DNA from: Mollicutes bacterium
GTDB taxonomy: Bacteria; Bacillota_I; Bacilli_A; RF39; UBA660
Assembly: GCA_012799635.1 (NCBI GenBank)
Contig: JAAZKW010000034.1
Span: forward strand, 9,930-73,929
DNA: 64,000 nucleotides
Reading direction: 5' to 3'
Numbering within the stretch: the first letter of the stretch is position 1; each line of letters opens with the position of its first letter. Shown piece after piece: positions 20,829 to 31,074 of the stretch. The notes below the pieces were generated by a model. It did not search any database and had not been told where the DNA came from. It was given only the letters and a program-made list of their open reading frames with translations. The position numbers and the translations under genes were made by a program.

Positions 20829-22085
20829 TTATTCTGTTCTAATTATTTTCAAAAATAAATCATTTGTACTAGGATTCGTTGGCGAAGAAATTAAGTTATC
20901 TCCTGCATCCAGTAAATCAGATGCTACTCTAAATGTATTACCATCTTCATCTATTACCTGAGCATATACCAAATATTTTCCACCTGCTACTGCTTCTGTG
21001 TTACCTAAATCAGATAATTCTATTTCATCTAGAAGGTTATCATAAACAGGTACTTCGGAAAAATCTTCGTATTTATCTACAAGTTCTATACATTCCCCAT
21101 TATTATATTGCATTCTCGTTGCCATATAATCTAATTGATCTAAACTAGGAGATACAGGATTATGTTTTTGATATAAAAGTAAGAAATCTTTAATACTAAA
21201 ATGATCATTATGCATCCAGTCTTCAAAATATCGATATAAAGAAGCTTCTATTAACTTATATTTTTGAGTATTTTCATCTGTTACGTTTATTTTTAATTTA
21301 TCATTTTCAAAAGATGCATTTAAAGTTAAATCATTTCTAACTGAGGCAACAGAACTATACAAAGTACTATTTCCATACACAGGAGATACCGGAGGAGCTC
21401 CTTCTAAAACTTCTAGTTTTAAATATATTTTTTTAGAGTTTCCTACTTTATCAACAACATTTATATATGGATAGCCTATAACTGTGTAATTTGATATATC
21501 AGGATTAAATGTTACTTCTATTCCTTGAACGTCCCACATACCAGTTGCTTCTTGTTCTAATAAATTTAAACTCATTGATTCAAAACCAACTTCATCTGGA
21601 TAATAAAACTCTTGTGTCCCAAAGACCTTTGCATTTTTACCATCACTAAAACTATAATATTCTACTCCAGCATCAAGAAGAGGTGTCCATTTCCAAAGAT
21701 TGATTTTATCACTTTGAAAAATGTAACTTGTTGTCGTCTTGGAATAAAAACTTTTTATTACTGGAATTGTATACATATTATAATAGTTAATATTTGCAAT
21801 TAAATGTTCTTCATTAACTAACTTTTCTTCACCAGTTAGTCCATCAATAAAACTACCATCGGCTCTTTTATATATAACTGTTGTTCCATTTGGTACACCT
21901 TTTGATGTCATAGAAGCAAAAGTTAAATCCTCAGTTGTTAAAACTCCACCATAGTTATTACTACCATCTCTAGTAAATAGATGTTTCCCTATAACATAGG
22001 AATTTGGTGGTATTTCCAGTAGTGCATTAACTTTGAAAGTACCAATGATGAATAATAATATTGCTAATAATATTTTTTTCTTCAT
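20829..22085 (-). CDS. Secreted protein, tandem paralog copy 2
   Basis: Sec signal MKKKILLAILLFIIGTFKVNA; aligns end to end with 22098-23357. Confidence 0.85.
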   Translation of the reverse strand: MKKKILLAILLFIIGTFKVNALLEIPPNSYVIGKHLFTRDGSNNYGGVLTTEDLTFASMTSKGVPNGTTVIYKRADGSFIDGLTGEEKLVNEEHLIANINYYNMYTIPVIKSFYSKTTTSYIFQSDKINLWKWTPLLDAGVEYYSFSDGKNAKVFGTQEFYYPDEVGFESMSLNLLEQEATGMWDVQGIEVTFNPDISNYTVIGYPYINVVDKVGNSKKIYLKLEVLEGAPPVSPVYGNSTLYSSVASVRNDLTLNASFENDKLKINVTDENTQKYKLIEASLYRYFEDWMHNDHFSIKDFLLLYQKHNPVSPSLDQLDYMATRMQYNNGECIELVDKYEDFSEVPVYDNLLDEIELSDLGNTEAVAGGKYLVYAQVIDEDGNTFRVASDLLDAGDNLISSPTNPSTNDLFLKIIRTE

Positions 22086-22097
22086 TTCTTTCTCCTT

Positions 22098-23357
22098 TTA
22101 TATACCAGTAAGCCTATAAAATAAAGCACTTGTACCGGGATCTGCCGGTTGAGAAACTAAATTAGTTCCTGCTTCCTGTAGATAAGATGCCACTTTAAAT
22201 ATATTCCCATCTTCATCTACTACCTGAGCATATATCAAATATTTTCCACCTGCTACTTCTTCTCTGTTACCTAAATCAGATAATTCTACTTCATCTAAAA
22301 GGTTATCATAAACTGGGTCTATAGAAAAATCTTCATATTTATCTACAATTTCTAAATATGTACCATTAAAACTTTTTAATCTATAAATAAAGTAAAAAAC
22401 AGACATTGGATAATCCATATCACCACCATCAGCTTGCACCAAATTCGCAAAATCCAAAAGATTAAAATGCTCATGAGACACATCTTCAAAATATCGATAT
22501 AAAGAAACTTCTATTAACTTATATTTTTGAGTGTTTTGATCTGTTACATTTATTTTCAATTTGTTATTTTCAAAAGTTCCATTTATAGTTAAATCATCTC
22601 TAACCGAAGCAACACTGGTATATAACTTACTATTTCCATAAAAATAAGGAAATCCTTCTTCAATATAATGAAGGTTAAGGTCATAATCAAGTTCTAAATA
22701 TATTTTTTGAAGTTTTCCTACTCTATCAACTACGTTTACATATGGATAACCGATAACTGTATAATTTGATATATCGGAATCAAATGTTACTTCTACTCCT
22801 TGAACACCCCACATACCAGTTGCTTGTGGTTCTAATAAATTTAAACCCATTGATTCAAATCCGTCTTCATCTGGATAATAAAATTCTTGAGTTCCAAAAA
22901 TTCTTGCATTTTTACTATCACTAAAACTATAATACTCTACTCCAGCTGCAAGATAAGTATCTGGGTCCCAATAACTAGTAGCTATAACATCATTTTGAAA
23001 AATATAACCTGTTGCTGTTTTTGAATAAAAACTCTTTATTATTGGAATTTCTTTTAAATTATAATACTTAATCTCAGCAAGCAAATACTCTTCATCAGCA
23101 TATAATAATAATTCACCAGTTAACCCATCAATATAACTACCATCAGCTCTTTTATAAAAAAGCCGATTGTCCCAAGCGCTTTGAGCAGCCATCATTAAAT
23201 GTTGAGTTGTCAAAACTCCATCATATTCATTACTACCATCTCTAGTAAATAGATATTCCCCTAAAACATAGGAATTTGGTGGTATTTCCAATAATGCATT
23301 AACATTATAAATACCAAAGATGAACATTAAAATTGCTAATAATATTTTTTTCTTCAT
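22098..23357 (-). CDS. Secreted protein, tandem paralog copy 1
   Basis: Sec signal MKKKILLAILMFIFGIYNVNA; shared LLEIPPNSYV.G..LFTRDGSN, FGTQEFYYPDE, VAGGKYL.YAQV blocks. Confidence 0.85.
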   Translation of the reverse strand: MKKKILLAILMFIFGIYNVNALLEIPPNSYVLGEYLFTRDGSNEYDGVLTTQHLMMAAQSAWDNRLFYKRADGSYIDGLTGELLLYADEEYLLAEIKYYNLKEIPIIKSFYSKTATGYIFQNDVIATSYWDPDTYLAAGVEYYSFSDSKNARIFGTQEFYYPDEDGFESMGLNLLEPQATGMWGVQGVEVTFDSDISNYTVIGYPYVNVVDRVGKLQKIYLELDYDLNLHYIEEGFPYFYGNSKLYTSVASVRDDLTINGTFENNKLKINVTDQNTQKYKLIEVSLYRYFEDVSHEHFNLLDFANLVQADGGDMDYPMSVFYFIYRLKSFNGTYLEIVDKYEDFSIDPVYDNLLDEVELSDLGNREEVAGGKYLIYAQVVDEDGNIFKVASYLQEAGTNLVSQPADPGTSALFYRLTGI

Positions 23358-23367
23358 TTTTTCTCCT

Positions 23368-24718
23368 TTATTCTCTATTAGCCGTTACTCTTCTTCCATT
23401 TATTAGTACAACTGTAACAGCATTTATTCCCTCAACATCAAACTTATTAATAGTTGGGTTTGACCCAGTACAAATTTTATTACCATTAACTTCTATAGAT
23501 GTAAAATTAATCTTTGTTCCATCTTCATAAACAGAAATTATTCTATCTGGGGAATAATCATCCACTAAGGTTACTTTAAATGTGTAACTTTTTTCAACCC
23601 AAGTTGCATTTAAAACAATATTACCAGTAACTGCTTGATTAAAATCATAATTACTTCCATTTAATTGCCAGCTACCAAAATTATAACCCTCTTTTGTTGG
23701 ATTATTTGGTTTTGTTACTTTATTGCCCTCTGTAACAGTTTGTGATGGAACACTACTTCCGCCATTACTATTGAAAATTACTGAATAACTATTTATAACT
23801 ACTTCTTTCCAACGAGCTACTAAAGTTATGTTACTATTAACTTTCAAACTAAAATTATACTTGCTTCCATCTAAATACCAACCTTCAAATGTATATCCAC
23901 TTCTTGTTGGATTTTTTGGCTGTACTGCAGTTTTTCCTGCAATCACTCTTTGTGTTGCAACACTATTTCCTCCATCGCTGTTAAATTTAACCTCATATCT
24001 TTTTACATTTGGATCTTCTTTCCACTTTGCTACTAATGTTATATTTCCAGTAACTACAGTATTAAAATCATATTTTTTATTATTCAAATACCAGCCATCA
24101 AAAATATAACCTTCTTTCTTCATATTATTAGGTTCAGATACTTTACCACCAACATTAACCGTTTGATTGTTAACTCTTGTACCTCCATTTGAATTAAATT
24201 TCACAGTATAAGATGATACCTTTTCATATTTTCCTTCGATTGTTAAATCCTTAGTTATTGGTGTAGTAAGGTCATATTCCTTACCATCAACATACCATAC
24301 AAGAGCATAGCCACTTCTATCCTCAAAACCTAATTCTGACACGTTGATTTCACTACTTTCACTAACTTCAATTGTTTTTGTTTTACCTTCAACATTAAAT
24401 GTAAGTTTATATTTTTCTGCTTCTTCATCTGATTTTGTCCAAATAGCTTTTAATGTCATATTTTCTTTTACTGTGCTTGAAAAATCATATTCTTCATCAT
24501 TATATTCCCATCTGACAAAATCATATTCCTCTTTTGTTGGATCATCAGGTTTAATTACTTTTCCACCTTTTTTAACCGTTTGGATTGGAATTTCACTTCC
24601 GCCATCAGTATCAAAAGTCACTTTATAACCTCTTGTACTTAAAAGCAAAAAAAGAACTCAACAAAGCAATTAATGCTGCGATAAAACCAGCAATTATCAT
24701 TGTTGCCTTGCTACTCAT
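23368..24718 (-). pseudogene. InlB B-repeat (Flg_new) surface protein, frameshifted near the N-terminus
   Basis: Five repeats (Y.V.F.S.GG...P..P.K.GY.F.GW...YDF...V..N..L.A.W). ATG at 24718 has a strong GGAGG RBS but is one base out of frame; removing one base of the 7-nt run at 24647-24653 joins the TM anchor to the repeats. Confidence 0.8.
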
Positions 24719-24839
24719 TTTTTTCCTCCTTTCCCTCAAAAAAACAAATCGCACATTACTAAAGCTACCTTTAGTATGTTAGCAACATTGTACTAAAAGT
24801 ATTACCTCAATGTCAATCTTTTTATGTTTTGATTAATAA

Positions 24840-24878
24840 AAACATTTGTTTGACTTTTATGTAATACTATAATAGAAT
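24840..24878 (+). promoter_or_regulatory. lexA sigma-A promoter with overlapping SOS-box-like palindrome
   Basis: TTGACT (24850-55), 17 bp, TAGAAT (24873-78); AAAC-ATTT-GTTT (24840-51) resembles the Firmicute GAAC-N4-GTTC box. Confidence 0.65.
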
Positions 24879-24902
24879 TTAATTATAAAAAGGAGTTTGA
24901 AA

Positions 24903-25526
24903 ATGGAGAAAAACCTTTCTAAAAGACAAAAAGATGTTTTAGATTTTATAAAAAAATATAGTGCTAAAAATGGTTATCCTCCTACTATAAGAGAAATATG
25001 TAAAGGAGTGGGCTTATCTAGTACTGCTACTGTCTTTGTTCATGTTAAAAATTTAGAAAACCTCGGAGTTTTAAAAAGTAGTAACAATAAATTTCGTACT
25101 TTAGAACTTCTAGTTGATAATGAATACGAAAAGAAAAATGAAGAAGTAGTTAAGGTACCTCTTCTTGGAAAAGTAACTGCAGGTAATCCTATTACTGCCA
25201 TTGAAATGCCTAATGAATTTTTCTTCCTTCCTTCATATTTAGTGCCTCCTTCTAAAGAAATATTTACCTTACATGTATCTGGAGATAGTATGATAAATGC
25301 TGGAATATTTGATAATGATTATGTTATTGTTCAAAGACAAAAAAATGCTAATAATGGACAAATTGTAGTCGCTATGAATAATGACAATGAGGTTACTTTA
25401 AAAAGATTTTATAAAGAAAAGGGACATATTAGATTACAACCTGAAAACGATACCATGGAACCCATTATCCTTGATGATTGTGAAATCCTTGGCATCGCTA
25501 TCGGTCTTTATCGCAAAATAAAATAG
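24903..25526 (+). CDS. lexA: SOS repressor LexA
   Basis: GYPPTIREI HTH, VPLLGKVTAG cleavage site, GDSM catalytic Ser, TLKRF catalytic Lys; ATG 24903 behind AAGGAG. Confidence 0.97.
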   Translation: MEKNLSKRQKDVLDFIKKYSAKNGYPPTIREICKGVGLSSTATVFVHVKNLENLGVLKSSNNKFRTLELLVDNEYEKKNEEVVKVPLLGKVTAGNPITAIEMPNEFFFLPSYLVPPSKEIFTLHVSGDSMINAGIFDNDYVIVQRQKNANNGQIVVAMNNDNEVTLKRFYKEKGHIRLQPENDTMEPIILDDCEILGIAIGLYRKIK

Positions 25527-25554
25527 TAAGAATTTTAATCTTTCTTACTATTTT
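25520..25554. terminator. Probable bidirectional terminator
   Basis: Arms aaaatagtaagaa / ttcttactatttt between convergent genes. Confidence 0.65.
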
Positions 25555-26994
25555 TTATTACTTTAATTTTCTTACTATTAATAATTATAATTACTAAAAT
25601 TGCTACCATTATTATTAAAATAACTGGAATACCTATAATTAATAAATATTTATTAACACTTTTTTTTGTTATATCATCAGGTGATTCTTCGATTACTTTA
25701 GTCTTGATACTTTCCTTTATTTGCTTTTGTTTTTCTTCTTCAGTTAATGGTTCTTTTTTCTTAGCATCTATTATAATATCATGATCATCTGCTTCATCTG
25801 TAGGATACTGCAAAATATACAGTTTTCCATCAACATCTATATATAAATTATCTACCTCAGCATAATTTTGTGAATTAGAATATTTAGGATAAGAAATATA
25901 TTTAATTTGATATTCTTTATTAAGTTTAAAAACATCTTCTAAATTTAATTTGTTTCCTTCTAAATCAAATACTCGGCATAACTTATTTGAATAATTTTTA
26001 CATTCAAAACTCTTAAACGTCAATTTATAATTATAATCTTCTAGAACATTACTTGAGTGAATTGGAACTAATTTGCCATTATATTTCATATAAAAAGCAT
26101 ATTTATCAGAGAAAGGATAGCCAATATCTTTTAGAGCAAGATATTTAACATCAATTGGAGTTAAAAACTTTAGTCCGTATTTATCATACTCTTCATCTTT
26201 TCTTTCCCAACCGTATATTTTATCATCGTATTTTTTAATAACATCTTTTGTATAATAATAAGGAATATTTTCTAATCTTTGTCCTAAATATCTCCCGCAA
26301 TTAAACTTATCTTCTCGATAATCAAGTTTAACATATCCAGAAAGATTACCCTCGGTAATATAAACCCAGCCACCCGTTTCATAACAATCATTTGAATATT
26401 TGACTTTTGTTTCAGCTTTTAAAGTGCCAACTTCTTCGAACAGTTCCGATGGACCTCTTCTTAATATTACATCAACAAGTAAATAACGAACAACATACTT
26501 TTCAATTTTATGTTCAAAACTGGGATTTATTAAGTCTTCAGCTTTAATATAATGGTGGATATAAGGTTCATTAGTAGGGATGGCAAAAAAATTAACTTTT
26601 TGAACATTTGACACTTTAGCACCACGGGGTATTAAAAATTTTTTTCATTTTCACTAAGAAGAGTATTAACATCATATTCATCAGTTATTTCCGCTGTAAA
26701 GTTATCTGCAATATGCTCGTTTTTTAAGCTTCTTATTGAAATATAATATTTTTTATTATTATAAATGACAGAAACATACTCTGAAACCATATTATCTATT
26801 GGAACTTTTGTGCCATATGGTATTATGGTTTTATCATTTTCACCAAAACCACAACAACTAAATACCTTAGCGCCATCTTGATTACCCACCTTTGCCATAG
26901 GTGTTTCTTTTACAAAGATAGGTCCAGAATCTGCTGAAACGACAAGAGACATTAACATTACTACAACAATTAATAATTTTAAAATTTTTTTCAT
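25535..26994 (-). pseudogene. Secreted, C-terminally anchored surface protein (SH3b-like segments) split by a frameshift into ORFs 26632-26994 and 25535-26614
   Basis: First ORF has only a signal peptide, second only a C-terminal TM with Lys tail; adding one base in the A7/T5 run (about 26634-26645) gives a continuous ENEKKFLIPRGAKVSNV frame of 486 aa. Confidence 0.78.
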
Positions 26995-27063
26995 CTTTAA
27001 CTCCTATAAATTTAAAAACATTTACTAAATCTTTTTTTCTGCGTTAAAACATGATTAAATTTG

Positions 27064-27696
27064 TTAAATACTATCTTTTAATATTTTAATCTGTTTATTA
27101 AAGTCATCTGATGATGTTATAAAAGAACCACTTACTATTAAATCAATGTTTTTATCTTTTAAATAACTAATACTTTCATCATTTATTCCTCCATCGACAC
27201 TAATAGTAAAATGGTATTTGTTTTTTATTTTATTTAAATAATCAATTTTATCTAAAACTTTAGGAATAAAACTTTGTCCTCCTTTACCAGGATTAACACT
27301 CATTATAAGTATTTGATCAACAACATCTAAAAAATTATCAATCATTCTTATATCTTGCTTAGGATTGATAGCAATACCCACTTTTAATCCTAAAGAATTA
27401 ATATAATTAATACTTTCTTTCAAATTAGGAATACTTAAATGAACAGTAATTGTTTCAATATCATAATAAAGAATTTCATTTATATAATCTATTGGATTAT
27501 TAACCATTAAATGAACATCTAATTTCTTTTTTGCAACTTTTAATGTCTTATTTAAAAGTTTTGGAGTAAAGTTTTTACCTTCAACATATTTTCCATCGCA
27601 AACGTCCACATGAATAAAATCTGCTTTAGATTTGTTTATTCTTTTAATACAATTTACATAATTATCACTTTTTAAAAAACTTACTGCTACTTTCAT
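27064..27696 (-). CDS. rpe: Ribulose-phosphate 3-epimerase
   Basis: IHVDVCDG, DVHLMV, MSVNPGKGGQSF, VDGGIN. Confidence 0.96.
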   Translation of the reverse strand: MKVAVSFLKSDNYVNCIKRINKSKADFIHVDVCDGKYVEGKNFTPKLLNKTLKVAKKKLDVHLMVNNPIDYINEILYYDIETITVHLSIPNLKESINYINSLGLKVGIAINPKQDIRMIDNFLDVVDQILIMSVNPGKGGQSFIPKVLDKIDYLNKIKNKYHFTISVDGGINDESISYLKDKNIDLIVSGSFITSSDDFNKQIKILKDSI

Positions 27697-28516
27697 CTTT
27701 CTCCTTTATAAACCTTTTATAATTTTTATACCTTGAAGGTAAAATGTTTTTATTACCTTCAATGCCACAACCATCAATATTTATATGATAACACCCAGTA
27801 TATTTACAAGTATAATTATTAAATTCTATAAAACAATCTTTTATTACTTCTTTATCGATATTATCAAAATCAAGAGCACTAAATCCTGGTGTATCTACGA
27901 TATAAAAATCATCAACTTTATATATACTGTTAAGCCTTGTTGTATGAACTCCTCTTCCAAGAGCTTTTGATATTGGAGCTGTTTTTAAATCTAAAGTGCT
28001 ATCAATTTTATTAATAAAAGTTGACTTTCCTGAACCAGTTTGTCCTGCACATACAACAGTTTTGCCCGAAACTAGCTTTTTAAAATAACTAATTTCGGTA
28101 TTTTCTATTACTTCAAAACCAATTTTTTTATAATATTTTTTTATTTCTTTTATCTTTTCATATTCATCATCATTTAGTAAATCACACTTAGTAAAACATA
28201 TAATTGGAGTAATTTTACTTGCCAAAGAATGAACAAGAAGCTTATCTAATAAAAGCAAATCCAAATTAGGTTTTTTAACACTAACCATAATAAGAGACAT
28301 ATCAATATTAGCAACACTTGGTCTTTGTAATTGATTTTTTCTTTTAAGTATTTCAATAATTTGGCTATCTTTTACATTTATTACTACGTTATCACCAACT
28401 AAAGGAGTAACCTTTTTTTCCCGAAAAACACCTCTTACAGTACATACATATTTTTTATCTTTTGCAATAACAGTATAATTACTACTATTAATATTTATTA
28501 TTCGTCCTTTTAACAT
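27665..28516 (-). CDS. rsgA: Ribosome small subunit-dependent GTPase A
   Basis: PLVGD, RP.VANID, TKCDL, GQTGSGKST, GRGVHTTR, DTPGFS, Zn finger C....C.H....C. Confidence 0.96.
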   Translation of the reverse strand: MLKGRIININSSNYTVIAKDKKYVCTVRGVFREKKVTPLVGDNVVINVKDSQIIEILKRKNQLQRPSVANIDMSLIMVSVKKPNLDLLLLDKLLVHSLASKITPIICFTKCDLLNDDEYEKIKEIKKYYKKIGFEVIENTEISYFKKLVSGKTVVCAGQTGSGKSTFINKIDSTLDLKTAPISKALGRGVHTTRLNSIYKVDDFYIVDTPGFSALDFDNIDKEVIKDCFIEFNNYTCKYTGCYHINIDGCGIEGNKNILPSRYKNYKRFIKEKDESSSKFFKK

Positions 28517-28518
28517 AA

Positions 28519-30279
28519 TTATGTATCCAAATCATTATATTCTTCGCTGCCACCACCACTAAAATCAATTTTAATAGTAAGGTTGCCACCTGATTTAGGT
28601 ATTTCACTTCCTGCTGCTCTACTTTGAGACAAAATAGCATTATTATTATAATTTGTAGCATTATTATTATTAATCTCTAAGTCATTACCACCATTATCTT
28701 TAAATGTTACCATAACTTTATATTGATTACAAAAATCAAGAATATCAATTACTTTATAAGTTCCATCTGTAAAATCCGGATATACATTAGTAACTGTAGC
28801 TATATACAACGTTATTATGTCTCCTTTAGTTAATAATTCACCCTTTTCAACTGATTGTCTTACAATCTCATTTTCATGATATTCTTTACCAGAATCTTTT
28901 TCTATTTCTTCTTCTTCAACAGTAACACTAATTCCAAATGCTTCAAGCATTCCTTTAACTTCATAAAAGTTTTTACCGGTATAATCCTCTATTTCAATTG
29001 AATTAGTACCTGATGATATATATATTGTTACATCTGCTCCTTTTTTTACTTTACTATTTGCTGATGGAGTAGTTCTTGTTATTGAGCCTTTCTCAATATC
29101 CTCTGAAGGCTCTACAATTCTATCTTTTATTTCAAACCCTTCATCTTGAAGTTTTTTTACAGCTTTCTTTTCACTCATACCTTCAACATCTGGAATATAT
29201 TTATTGTTTGATTTATTAATATATGGAAGAAGTACAACTATAGTTGTAATTAAAACAACAATAGAAGTAAATACAGAAAATAAAATTACTAAAGTTTTAT
29301 TTTGACTTTTTATCGTTCCTTCAGCCATTTTTTTGGCTATCAATTCATCACTTTCAGCTTTTGATAATTTAGTATCTTTTAATGTTTTCATAATTTTACT
29401 ATCATCACGTTCTTTTTCAGGATAAGTATATTCAATCTCCTCTTCATTTTTTCTAGAATCTTCTAGGCATGTTAATAAATCTTCATGCATCTCCCTTGCA
29501 TCAGCATACCTATTTTTAGGGTTCTTTGCAGTTGCTCTTTTAATAATGTTACAAATGCTTTGAGGTATATTTAAAATTTCATCTTTAATCAAAGGCATCG
29601 GTTCTTTTAATTGTTTCAAAGCTATTTCAACAGCATTATCTCCTTTAAAAGGAAGTTTTCCAGTAAGAAGTTCATACATTAAAATACCAAGAGAATAGAT
29701 ATCACTTTGAAGTGTTGCACCTTTTCCAGAAGCTTGTTCTGGAGGAAGATAATGAACTGAACCCATTACTGAATTAGTTTGCGTAAGCTGAGTTGAATTC
29801 ATAGCAACGGATATACCAAAATCCGTAAGTTTTACAATCCCGTTTTCTAAAATCATTATATTTTGGGGTTTAATATCTCTATGAATAATATATGAATCAT
29901 GGGCAACAGAAAGACCTGAGGTAACTTGAAGTAAAATATCTACAACTTCATTTACAGTAAGTTTTCCTCTTCTTTTAAGTAAATTCTTTAGATGTTTACC
30001 TTCAATATATTCCATGACAATATAATAATCACCATGATCTTCTCCAACATCATATACTTCAACAATATTCTTATCATTTAAACTGCTTGCCTGAAGAGCT
30101 TCTCTTTGAAAACGCCTAACAAATTTTTCGTCTAAAGAAAGATCTCCACGTAATATTTTTACAGCTACATTACGTTCTAATATAGTATCTTTAGCTAAAT
30201 AAACATTAGCCATACCACCTTCGCCAATTGTTTTAATTATTTGATATCTATCACTAATTTTCTGCCCCTTAGCAATCAC
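28519..30279 (-). CDS. pknB: PASTA-domain Ser/Thr kinase PrkC/PknB
   Basis: GEGGMANVY, HRDIKPQN, DFG, GSVHYLPPEQ; TM; about two PASTA domains. Confidence 0.96.
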   Translation of the reverse strand: MIAKGQKISDRYQIIKTIGEGGMANVYLAKDTILERNVAVKILRGDLSLDEKFVRRFQREALQASSLNDKNIVEVYDVGEDHGDYYIVMEYIEGKHLKNLLKRRGKLTVNEVVDILLQVTSGLSVAHDSYIIHRDIKPQNIMILENGIVKLTDFGISVAMNSTQLTQTNSVMGSVHYLPPEQASGKGATLQSDIYSLGILMYELLTGKLPFKGDNAVEIALKQLKEPMPLIKDEILNIPQSICNIIKRATAKNPKNRYADAREMHEDLLTCLEDSRKNEEEIEYTYPEKERDDSKIMKTLKDTKLSKAESDELIAKKMAEGTIKSQNKTLVILFSVFTSIVVLITTIVVLLPYINKSNNKYIPDVEGMSEKKAVKKLQDEGFEIKDRIVEPSEDIEKGSITRTTPSANSKVKKGADVTIYISSGTNSIEIEDYTGKNFYEVKGMLEAFGISVTVEEEEIEKDSGKEYHENEIVRQSVEKGELLTKGDIITLYIATVTNVYPDFTDGTYKVIDILDFCNQYKVMVTFKDNGGNDLEINNNNATNYNNNAILSQSRAAGSEIPKSGGNLTIKIDFSGGGSEEYNDLDT

Positions 30280-31034
30280 TTCGTATCACCCTTTTCTTCT
30301 TTTTCTAAAAGTGCAATTGATATATTATCATTGCCTCCCCTTATATTACATCTATTAACTAGTTTCTTAACTTTTTCTTCGACATCAATATCTTCTTGTA
30401 ATATTTTTTCAATTAATTCGTTTGAAAGCATTGTTGTAAGTCCATCACTACATAACATTATTCCGCTTATATCTTCATCCATTACGTCAAATATATCAAT
30501 TTCAGCTTTGTCATTCGCGCCCAAAGCCCTCATTAAAACATTTTTCTGAGGATGACTCATAGCTTCTTCTTCAGTCAAATCACCTGCTTGAACTAAAAGA
30601 TTTACAAGAGTATGATCCTTTGTTATTTTATGTAATTTATTATTTTTCATTACATATCCTGATGAATCACCAATATTACCAATTATTAAAAATTCTTTTG
30701 TTAATATTGCCGCTACTAAGGTTGTGCCCATTCCTGATGAATCCTCATGTTCCAAAGTATATTCAATTATTAACTTATTTATCTCATTTACATTATCATT
30801 AAGCCAGTTTATCGCATCAATTTTAGTTCCTATACTTGCACAGGCACTAAAACGTTTCCCTAAGCTAGATATAGCAAGCATCGAAGCAATTTCTCCTTTA
30901 CGATGTCCACCCATGCCGTCTGCTACCATCATCAGATATTCGTTATTTTGGTTTTTAAGGATAGTAACGCTATCTTCATTATGACTTCTAACTTTTCCAG
31001 CATCAGTTAAATAAAATGTTTTCAATTTTATCAC
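30276..31034 (-). CDS. prpC: PP2C phosphatase PrpC/Stp1 (start may be TTG 31025)
   Basis: G.VR.HNED, VADGMGGH, GMGTT, GDS, CSDGL, GG.DNI. Confidence 0.95.
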   Translation of the reverse strand: MIKLKTFYLTDAGKVRSHNEDSVTILKNQNNEYLMMVADGMGGHRKGEIASMLAISSLGKRFSACASIGTKIDAINWLNDNVNEINKLIIEYTLEHEDSSGMGTTLVAAILTKEFLIIGNIGDSSGYVMKNNKLHKITKDHTLVNLLVQAGDLTEEEAMSHPQKNVLMRALGANDKAEIDIFDVMDEDISGIMLCSDGLTTMLSNELIEKILQEDIDVEEKVKKLVNRCNIRGGNDNISIALLEKEEKGDTK

Positions 31035-31074
31035 CTGTCTTCTTCTTCATTATATCATTATTTATTCAAATTTA

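Larger units (their letters stand above)
20829..23357 (-). repeat. Tandem gene duplication, about 1.27-kb unit
   Basis: Near-identical nucleotide blocks, e.g. 20941-21047 vs 22208-22314, alternating with diverged segments. Confidence 0.9.

Noticed and set aside
20829..23357. Diversity-generating retroelement template/variable repeat pair
   Set aside because: No reverse transcriptase in the window; differences include indels and are not adenine-specific; whole-gene duplication explains it
24623..24718. 31-aa TM peptide as a SosA/YneA-like SOS division inhibitor
   Set aside because: The position fits, but a one-base correction fuses it cleanly to the downstream repeat protein, which otherwise lacks an export signal and RBS
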